NCBI GenBank assembly: GCA_039811685.1
Contig: JBDHZC010000012.1
Coordinates: forward strand, 1-32,339
DNA length: 32,339 bases
Direction of reading: 5' to 3'
Source of the DNA: Armatimonadota bacterium
GTDB lineage: Bacteria > Armatimonadota > UBA5829 > DSUL01
A model generated the notes under the pieces. It had not been told where the DNA came from. It saw nothing but the letters and a program-made list of their open reading frames with translations, and made no database searches. Below, in pieces: positions 24,489 through 32,339 of this stretch; within the stretch, counting starts at the first letter, position 1; the number at the start of each line of letters is the position of its first letter. A program made the translations under genes and the position numbers.

Positions 24489-27400
24489 CTGGCTGCTCCG
24501 GCTGTGTTTTTCGCTGGTTTTTCGGCTGCTATCAGCACGAATGTCTCAGGCTTGAGCGTCAGCGTGACATGCTCGCCTTTTACCGGAATGTCCTCACCCG
24601 TCATAGCGTTTGTGAAATGGGCTCCAGAAAACCCAGTCCATCTCAGCGTCACGTCGTGCGTGCTGGACTGCTTGAGATTGGACACCACCGCCAGTACACG
24701 GTCCTTCCCCTTCACATTCCAGGTGGCGGCCATCACCTCCCGAGCAATGGGGCTTTCGATTTTCCAGAACGGGTTCGGTCTCCATCCAGGCGTAAATACT
24801 GCCCTGCGGTGGTCGAAGCGCAAGAGAATGTCTTCGACTTTTATTACGGTTTCGTGGTTCAGATAGCTGGCGCCGCCGATTGGCACACCGTGCGGGAGGA
24901 ACCAGGCTAACGCCATGAGGGTCTGATGGTCCCGTGTGAGATTCTCTTCGTCTTCCCACATCATGGGAAGCCACATATTTGTGACCCCGAAGTGTGTGGA
25001 AAGCCCGAGCGCACGGAAGAGCCCGAGCCCCAGGCACTCCGCAAACGAACCATTGGGATCAAAGGTGCTGATGCCTTTCTGGGGCCAGCCGGTGAACTCG
25101 CCCGTCAGCCACTCGGTCGCGTACCCCATAACCGACGGCACGAACTGCCACGAGTGGATCCAGTAGTGATAGCGAGGGAACCCCGGCCGCGCTGGCGCGC
25201 CGTCGGCCAGGAAGTGCGCAGCTTTGACATTGTCCTCCAGAAACAGGCACATTCGCTGGTTGAACTCGCGCCCCTCCAGCACGGGGACGGTCAGGTGGCG
25301 TTTGCCATCGCCGTCAGTCCAGCCGCAGCCGTGATGCGGGTTGGAGCAGCCCATCTGCCCCGACTGCCAGCCGTCAAAGTAGATGCCATCCGTGCCGAAC
25401 TTCTTGACGTTCTCAATAGCCCAGCCGTAGAAGAGCCATTTGCGCAGGGCAAGCGAGCGGCCGCAATTCTGATAGGTGGCCACGCCATTCCAGTTGAGAA
25501 CAGACGCCGGCAGGGTCTTCCACTCCAGGTCATACTCTCCCATCCACTTGTCGTGATAGGAGATCTTCTGTGGACATGCGGCTACAGTAAGCAGCGAGAT
25601 ACCCTGGTCGTGAGACTCTTTCAACTGCTGCAGGTACTGCTTTTCGTCAACGTTGTAGGGGTTGTCCAGTCCGAGCATGATGGTGCTCATCGGCTCCGGC
25701 CAGACGAGTTGCATATCTATCAGCTCGGGCCGTAAATTGGACAGGCGCCAGGGCTGGTACATCTTCGTCGTCCCTATCATCCCGTGATAGTCCGGCGGCA
25801 GCGCCTTAATCGGAGTCGCCTGGATGCCAAGCGTGAACTTCCGGCCGGTCAGTGACGCTGGTTTCTCAATCAGATTGATGGAGTAAGTCGTATCGTTCTT
25901 GCCCGGAATGATGGTTGCGAAGTTGTCTTCGGTCCGCGGAAGCCAGTGCTCGAGGGACGTGTAGGTAAATCCGAGACCTCTGTCCTCATTGCCCAGCCAG
26001 TGGTAGAAGTTGACAATGGACTCATTCGGCAGCCCCTGCCACGCTATCCGGATAGGGTTTTGCCCGATGTCACCGGCGAGCTTGCGGTCGAAGGTCTGGT
26101 AAAGGGTCGTCTCCCTCGTGGGCATCCGGGTCAGAATACGCACAGCATCCACCTTGCGCCCCTTGACTTTGTCCTTTGTGGACAGTGTCATCCAGATGAA
26201 TCCGTCGAACTCGGCGAACATGTCCGCCTGCACACTGATTCCGTGCGCGCTTCCCTTAGCTACGATCGTCGCGCGTTTCTTCGTCGCGGAAACTACGCGG
26301 AAAGAACTCATCGGGATGGAAAACTCCTGGCCTGCGGCTGAGATCGTCAGCTTCATCGGTGCGGACAGCAGTTGAACGCCGAGGCTCTTGATGCTGGATG
26401 GTAGGATACTTGCCTTTTCCCAGGTGACAGTGCGTCCCCAGACGTCCACCGTGCGGCCGCTGAGCTTCACAGGACGCCACGGCAGAGGCACACGGTCCAG
26501 CTTGCCGTAGTCATCATAGACCGTGCTCTTCAGCCAGACTGGAGTTTCGGGAACGGTGAACTTCGCCGCACTGGTGGCGAGCTCTTCACCGCGAGACGAA
26601 GTGGCCCTGACCGCGCAGGAGTATTCCCCTGGGGCAAGAGCCGACCAGTCCAGCTTCATCTCCCGGACTTCAATGGGTCCGTCAGAGTTTTGTCTTAGGA
26701 CCTCTTTTCCGGCGGCGTCGTGTACAGCGACGTTTATGGCGACCCGCTCCAGCCCTTTGCGCCCCTTCAGTCCCGTCAAGTCAGCGGCCAGAACGGCGTA
26801 TTTGCGCGGCGGCACATTGCCGACCGTCACCACCATCGGCGGCAACACCGTGACCTTTCCGTGGCGAAGCAGAAGGTCACGGACAGGCTTGCCGCTATCG
26901 TCCAGCACAGCTACGTGGACTGCCAGACGATCTATCGTGGTGTCTGTCGCCTGATTCTCGAATCGGAAAGGCTGACTGGAGTGAGGCGGCGCCGTCACTT
27001 TGTCGCTGAATGATTTTATGGCGCCGATGATCGTGCGATAGGCGTCTTCTGTGGTGCGGCTGCCTTCCTTGCGCATGTCCAGCTGCACGCCCACAGAGGC
27101 GGCGGAGGCTCCAGGGTTGAATACCCTTCCGCCTGGAGCAGGCTCGCCGAAGTTGAACTTGCCAAGGCTCGTAAGCTGAACGTACGGCTCACCTGCTCCC
27201 GCAAAGACCAGAGTGGGAAAGGTGGATATCTCGGAGAACCTCTTTACCGACTTCTCGGCGAGAACAGACCAGGGACCATTGCGGTTTACGACGGCGTTCA
27301 GCGCCCAGCGGGAGGTGGAGCCCGGCGCTTTAGCTGCGATTGAGCTGTAAGGAATGGCCATCTCCGCGAACCAGTACCTGCCTTCCGGCAGACTCCACTG

Positions 27401-27937
27401 CGCTGGCAGGTCAGCGGAGCGGCTTTCGCCTGCGGCGACCTTGAACGGCCCGTTCCACTCCAAAGAGTCGTTCTTCAGGTCCGCGGTGACTCCCGCAGAG
27501 TTTGTTATGAACTGGAAAACGTTATTTCCGTCGGGACTGACGTAGAACTCGATGCTGTCATCGTTGGTCACAGCAACCTGGTCGGGTGACGATGCGCGGG
27601 ATGACAGTGGACGCGACGGGTCTTGAGGGGTTACGACCAGCACGTAGAGATCCGTGTCTCCGTACGCCGCAAACAGTATGGGGCCGTCCGGAATCATCGA
27701 GCCGTCAGAATAGCTGTGGAATCCGGTCGTCGCTGCGGCGCAATCCCACTCACCTGCCGCGATCTTCCCGTCCACCACGGGCGCCGGGATTGCCGGGGCG
27801 GCCATCACGACGAGATCCCGCTCGTACAACTCCTTCAGAGGGTCGAACTCGGAAGCCGCACCTGGCGCGGTGGCCGTACACCACAGCGCTGCAAGCGTCC
27901 CCATCACGAGCATCGTCCTGCCGTTAGTCTTTGTCAT
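24485..27937 (-). CDS. large secreted CBM9/DOMON-like + DUF6067-like putative glycoside hydrolase
   Basis: Signal peptide, PVVDGKIAAGEW, DDSIEFYVSP and WFAEMAIPYSSI (CBM9-like), then GIQATPIKALP, DGIYFDGW, CSNPHHGCGW, WLTGEF. Confidence 0.78.
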   Translation of the reverse strand: MTKTNGRTMLVMGTLAALWCTATAPGAASEFDPLKELYERDLVVMAAPAIPAPVVDGKIAAGEWDCAAATTGFHSYSDGSMIPDGPILFAAYGDTDLYVLVVTPQDPSRPLSSRASSPDQVAVTNDDSIEFYVSPDGNNVFQFITNSAGVTADLKNDSLEWNGPFKVAAGESRSADLPAQWSLPEGRYWFAEMAIPYSSIAAKAPGSTSRWALNAVVNRNGPWSVLAEKSVKRFSEISTFPTLVFAGAGEPYVQLTSLGKFNFGEPAPGGRVFNPGASAASVGVQLDMRKEGSRTTEDAYRTIIGAIKSFSDKVTAPPHSSQPFRFENQATDTTIDRLAVHVAVLDDSGKPVRDLLLRHGKVTVLPPMVVTVGNVPPRKYAVLAADLTGLKGRKGLERVAINVAVHDAAGKEVLRQNSDGPIEVREMKLDWSALAPGEYSCAVRATSSRGEELATSAAKFTVPETPVWLKSTVYDDYGKLDRVPLPWRPVKLSGRTVDVWGRTVTWEKASILPSSIKSLGVQLLSAPMKLTISAAGQEFSIPMSSFRVVSATKKRATIVAKGSAHGISVQADMFAEFDGFIWMTLSTKDKVKGRKVDAVRILTRMPTRETTLYQTFDRKLAGDIGQNPIRIAWQGLPNESIVNFYHWLGNEDRGLGFTYTSLEHWLPRTEDNFATIIPGKNDTTYSINLIEKPASLTGRKFTLGIQATPIKALPPDYHGMIGTTKMYQPWRLSNLRPELIDMQLVWPEPMSTIMLGLDNPYNVDEKQYLQQLKESHDQGISLLTVAACPQKISYHDKWMGEYDLEWKTLPASVLNWNGVATYQNCGRSLALRKWLFYGWAIENVKKFGTDGIYFDGWQSGQMGCSNPHHGCGWTDGDGKRHLTVPVLEGREFNQRMCLFLEDNVKAAHFLADGAPARPGFPRYHYWIHSWQFVPSVMGYATEWLTGEFTGWPQKGISTFDPNGSFAECLGLGLFRALGLSTHFGVTNMWLPMMWEDEENLTRDHQTLMALAWFLPHGVPIGGASYLNHETVIKVEDILLRFDHRRAVFTPGWRPNPFWKIESPIAREVMAATWNVKGKDRVLAVVSNLKQSSTHDVTLRWTGFSGAHFTNAMTGEDIPVKGEHVTLTLKPETFVLIAAEKPAKNTAGAAR

Positions 27938-27971
27938 TCAGCCAATCCATGTCTACTGAGAAATTGTGAAA

Positions 27972-27989
27972 TAAGGTGCATAATGTTTA
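27972..27989. promoter_or_regulatory. candidate operator, copy 1 of TAAGGTnnATAATGTnTA
   Basis: Matches 30014-30031 at 15 of 18 positions in the same orientation, 35 nt upstream of ATG 27937. Confidence 0.55.
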
Positions 27990-28142
27990 CGATCTACCGA
28001 AAGCCACTCCCTAAATTGCCTCCATAAAGGGAATGCGCATGTCAGTTCGGGCGGATGACCACCTTGATGTCCCGCCGATCGCGGATCGATGCGAACGCGT
28101 CCGGGATATCCAGCAGCCGCCTGGACCGAATCCAGCCTATCA

Positions 28143-29111
28143 CTAGACGATTTCCTGGATGCCCGCCTGACGCTGGCAACGATCTACAACGCGTGAGACT
28201 GACAATCCGTCTTCGAATGTCGCGAGCAAGGTCGGGCGGCCGTGCAGCGCTTCGCGGAATGCGCGGTACTGCTCAAGGAAGCGCACATCACAGCTTTCCG
28301 GCAGATCCTCCTTCACAGGATCAGCTGAGGGCCGATAGATCGTCACGGTGCGGCCACTGGTGACGTAATCGTACTCCATCGCCATTTCAGTTCCGATTAC
28401 TTCAAACCTGGACTCGTCTCGAGCACTGACATGGCTCACGGAGATCAGACCGGCGACGCCATTTTCACCCAGCGTAATGAGATCGGCGGCTACATCCCCT
28501 CGTCCTTCCTCAGCAAAATGTAGCTGTGCGCGCACGTCCACGACCGGGCCGGTGATGAACTGAAGAATGTCAATGCTGTGGCTGCCGTGGCCGATCAGGC
28601 AACCGCCCCCTGCAACCTGCGGGTCAGTGTGCCAGGTGTCCACAATCCCGGGAGATGATTCGATGAAGGCGTTCCGGAATGTATGGACGACTCCAAGCCG
28701 ACCCTGCTGGACGTACTCCCGCATGAGCTGCGTCGCCGGGTTGAAGCGGTGGCAGTAGGCCACGTACGCCGGCAGACCCGTCCGTGAGGCGATATCTACC
28801 AGCGCTTCCGCGTCGGAGAGAGAGTGCGCTAGCGGTTTCTCGCAGAGCACAGGCACTCCAGACTCCAGCAGCAGACCGGCGATCTGCCGGTGGCTGTTGG
28901 GCGGCGTGCAGACGATGGCGGCTTCCGGAGCAGTTTCAGCCAGCAAAGCCTCGACACTCCCAAACGCCTGAGCGCCAAACTTGTCCCCGAACGCGCGAGC
29001 TGCGGACGGATTGACGTCAGCGACCGACACCAGCCGGTCTTCCTCCACCAGTCCCACACACCGCGCGTGGATGTCCGCGATAAGCCCACAACCAACAATT
29101 GCAACCTTCAT
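28143..29111 (-). CDS. Gfo/Idh/MocA family oxidoreductase
   Basis: VAIVGCGLIA, VCTPPNSH, VLCEKPLA, AYCHRF, GGGCL. GAGGTG RBS. Confidence 0.93.
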   Translation of the reverse strand: MKVAIVGCGLIADIHARCVGLVEEDRLVSVADVNPSAARAFGDKFGAQAFGSVEALLAETAPEAAIVCTPPNSHRQIAGLLLESGVPVLCEKPLAHSLSDAEALVDIASRTGLPAYVAYCHRFNPATQLMREYVQQGRLGVVHTFRNAFIESSPGIVDTWHTDPQVAGGGCLIGHGSHSIDILQFITGPVVDVRAQLHFAEEGRGDVAADLITLGENGVAGLISVSHVSARDESRFEVIGTEMAMEYDYVTSGRTVTIYRPSADPVKEDLPESCDVRFLEQYRAFREALHGRPTLLATFEDGLSVSRVVDRCQRQAGIQEIV

Positions 29112-29172
29112 CTGTGTCTCACCTCAATAGCTAACTCGCATCGCAGGAGGCATAGCCGCCTCGCAACCAAAA

Positions 29173-29961
<789 letters not shown>

Positions 29962-30013
29962 CTTCGACTCCTCAATTCAAGAGGAAAACACAGTAGGTTC
30001 TGCGACATTGCAC

Positions 30014-30031
30014 TAAGGTTTATAATGTGTA
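30014..30031. promoter_or_regulatory. candidate operator, copy 2 of TAAGGTnnATAATGTnTA
   Basis: Matches 27972-27989, 53 nt upstream of ATG 29961. Confidence 0.55.
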
Positions 30032-30414
30032 TATTAGTTGCAGCCGCTATCCAGCGCAGGATTCCTGATGACTGGAAAGTGAAGCGGCGAATCAGGCGAT
30101 GAGAACAGCGCGGACTGTCGCGGGCCGTCTCTTCTACCCGATTATTGGTTTAAGGTTATCGCATTCCAAGACCGAAGTAAATAGGTTTTTCCACAGAATT
30201 TTTGAGAAAATGCGCGATGCAGGCGTATCCCGAAGCGTCTCACGCAGTAGCGGTGAGGCTTGCTATTGTCTGCTGGCGGGGGATTGGACTAAGCAGGCGC
30301 GGTGCGGATTTCGAGGTATTTGGGCCACGAGCAGAACACCAGAAGCTGGCTCTGACGGGATTTTTCGGTCCGAATGACAAGCCTGGCCGGTAGATCCACA
30401 CACGTGATGGCAGG

Positions 30415-31749
30415 CTATGCGGCGAACCTGGGGTGGCCATCCAGCACCATTTTGATGACCGTGCAGTTGCGGTCTGGAGGCTCAACTGGTACGCCCCGCA
30501 CCATCAGGCGCCTGTCGGAAATCCGCTCCGCGCGGCACGCGTGCCCGGTCCCGAGTATCTCGGCGGAGATCACTTCGTTTGCAAGGTCTGGAACGCATAT
30601 CTCGCCCAGCGGAGGCCAGCGGAAGACGTGGATATAGGCAACGTTGTCTCGTGCAGTCGCCACTCCGGTCGTGCCTACCAGCCCTTCATATCCTCCTGGG
30701 GCGAACGGGCTGGGAAACGGACATCGGGTGGTTCCGTATATAGCCTCGCCGTTAGTCCGCAGCCATTGCCCAATAGCAGTCAGGCGCGCGACCTCCTCTT
30801 CCCTGAGAAGGCCATCCGGTGTGGGTCCGACGTTCAGCAAGAAATTGCCGTCTCCTGAGGCGGCCGTAGCCAGGTGCTGGATGAGTTGTGGAACTGTCTT
30901 CCAGTTGGGATTGTTTCGGACATAGCCCCAGCCCGAAAAATCTCCCATTGTCATGCACGTTTCCCAGAGTCGCCCGCTTTGCGATGCGCTCACGTGCTGC
31001 TCGGGCGTATCAACGTCCTCTGGCAATCCGCTGCGGTTGTTGATGATGATGTGCGGCTGAAGCTTTCGTACCATCGCGTTGGCTTCGCGCGCGCGCCAGA
31101 ACTCGGGCAGTCCCGGGTTGCCTCTGTCCGGGTCCCAGAGAGTGGGAACCCAATGTCCGTCGTACCAGAGATAGTCGATCTTTCCGTAGTTAGTCATTAG
31201 CTCGCGGAGCTGATCATGGGCTTGTTGGATGAGCTCGTCCCGGCTTTGCGAGTGCTTCTCAGGCTCAAAGTATCCCGGAAAGCGCCAGTCAAGCCAGGAG
31301 TAGTACAGCCCCACTTTCAGCCCCGCCGAGCGGGCCGCCCGGACAAACTCCGCGACAAAATCCCGCTTTGCAGCGGTCCTGACGCTGGAAAAGTTGCTGA
31401 CCCGGCTATCGTACAGACAGAAACCATCGTGGTGGCGGGCCGTGAACACGGCGTATTTCATCCCAGCGTCTCTGGCCGCAGACACCCAGCGGGTGATGTC
31501 ACACTGTGACGGCGCGAAGCGTTCCGCAAGGCGGGCGTATTCGTCAGAGGGGATGTGTTCGGCGAACATCACCCACTCTCCCCGCTCCAGCACGGAGTAG
31601 AGGCCGAAATGAATCATCATGCCGAACCGGGCCTCCCGGAACCAGCCCAGCCTCTGATCATCAACAGGTGTCAGATGCGTATTCCTCTCATTGCCATCTA
31701 TTCTGAGTTGTGCGGCCAAGCTTGCAGCATGCAGATACCAGACTGGCAT
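30415..31749 (-). CDS. alpha-L-fucosidase, glycoside hydrolase family 29
   Basis: WFREARFGMMIHFG, TARHHDGF, GLYYSWLDW, LWYDG (nucleophile Asp), IINNR, TPEQ, WETCMTM, LLNVGPTPDG. No signal peptide; start uncertain. Confidence 0.95.
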   Translation of the reverse strand: MPVWYLHAASLAAQLRIDGNERNTHLTPVDDQRLGWFREARFGMMIHFGLYSVLERGEWVMFAEHIPSDEYARLAERFAPSQCDITRWVSAARDAGMKYAVFTARHHDGFCLYDSRVSNFSSVRTAAKRDFVAEFVRAARSAGLKVGLYYSWLDWRFPGYFEPEKHSQSRDELIQQAHDQLRELMTNYGKIDYLWYDGHWVPTLWDPDRGNPGLPEFWRAREANAMVRKLQPHIIINNRSGLPEDVDTPEQHVSASQSGRLWETCMTMGDFSGWGYVRNNPNWKTVPQLIQHLATAASGDGNFLLNVGPTPDGLLREEEVARLTAIGQWLRTNGEAIYGTTRCPFPSPFAPGGYEGLVGTTGVATARDNVAYIHVFRWPPLGEICVPDLANEVISAEILGTGHACRAERISDRRLMVRGVPVEPPDRNCTVIKMVLDGHPRFAA

Positions 31750-31833
31750 TATGTCTTATCTGGGCCGAAATCCTGCTGGGCGGACAGGAATAACTGAAAG
31801 TGTTACCTGCGCTTTGTTGGCTCCGGTTGACGC

Positions 31834-32337
31834 TCAGGGTGTGACGGTAACCGGTATCTGCCGGTAGTTGCTCGGTTCGCTGAAGCCTGCGGGCTGCGTG
31901 ATGGTAATCAGAGTTGTCCCGACTCCCCCCGGAGAAAACTGGGTAATCTTTGAGTTGTCGCCACCACTAAATGACAGTGGACTCAGCGTAATTGTCCCAA
32001 TACTTGTGTCTCCGCTCAACACAACAACATCAATGTTGAGCCCAGCGCGCACGGGCTGCCCGGCCTGATAGTTGAGAGTCGTGGGGTTCAGCCGCACCGA
32101 TGTTACCTGGATATTTGTGGCCGAGGCTGAAACTCGGGTATTGATAGAGGGCGGAGAGTACAGAACGAAAGCAGAAGGCTGTACGGTCACTGAACCTTGC
32201 GCGCTTGTATATCCGGGAGCCGTTGCGCTCAGCGCAATGTTCTGACCAATCTCCAGACCCTGAACATAGATCGTCTTTGCGCCTGTATTCGACACACCTT
32301 CAAAAGTTACGCTGGCGCTGCCAGGGTCATTAGCTGT
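31834..32337 (-). CDS. 3' end of a probable extracellular Ser/Thr/Val-rich beta-sheet (Ig-like) protein, truncated by the window edge
   Basis: Frame is open to the right edge (TANDPGSASVTFEGVSNTG...), with repeated ATAPGY/TQPAGF...VTV units. Confidence 0.7.
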   Translation of the reverse strand, partial: TANDPGSASVTFEGVSNTGAKTIYVQGLEIGQNIALSATAPGYTSAQGSVTVQPSAFVLYSPPSINTRVSASATNIQVTSVRLNPTTLNYQAGQPVRAGLNIDVVVLSGDTSIGTITLSPLSFSGGDNSKITQFSPGGVGTTLITITQPAGFSEPSNYRQIPVTVTP

Positions 32338-32339
32338 CT

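Noticed and set aside
21472..24866. Long plus-strand ORFs 21472-22458 and 23433-24866
   Set aside because: Antisense shadows of well-supported minus-strand genes, expected in GC-rich DNA, with no motifs.
28064..28125. Small hairpin cluster (GATGTCCCG/CGGGATATC enclosing CGATC/GATCG) after the Gfo/Idh/MocA gene
   Set aside because: Short GC-rich stems with no U-tract and no second copy seen, so not distinguishable from chance.

Overview
GC-rich bacterial window, probably Armatimonadota (inferred from the PEP-CTERM tail style, a GFTLIELLVVIAIIAILAAILFPVF prepilin-like/H-X9-DG protein and repeated C-terminal DDGSG...PR...DI domains). From left to right: (1) a 90-bp tandem array running off the left edge, each unit carrying an invariant 27-nt copy of the 5' part of a tRNA-Ser-type gene, lying downstream of a minus-strand tRNA-Arg(GCG)/tRNA-Arg(CCT) pair with a near-consensus sigma70 promoter; (2) an SDR, a truncated surface-domain remnant, two PEP-CTERM genes, two carbohydrate ABC permeases and a large putative glycoside hydrolase; (3) a plus-strand six-gene secreted-protein cluster built as two copies of [beta-propeller+YQG-domain protein x2, then one GGG/GQG/WIGFW + DDGS-domain protein], in which the second pair carries phage-type peptidase S74 autocleaving chaperones; (4) a long minus-strand carbohydrate-utilisation locus (sodium:solute symporter, REC-AraC, GntR-LacI, GH130, UroD-like, two Gfo/Idh/MocA, CBM9-like+putative GH, DUF1559-like, GH29); (5) the 3' end of a surface protein gene cut by the right edge. 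No integrase, transposase or CRISPR array was seen. The best candidates for undescribed systems are the modular surface-display cluster (9596-17379) and the tRNA-fragment array (1-346). All family assignments come from motif recognition by eye, not from searches.
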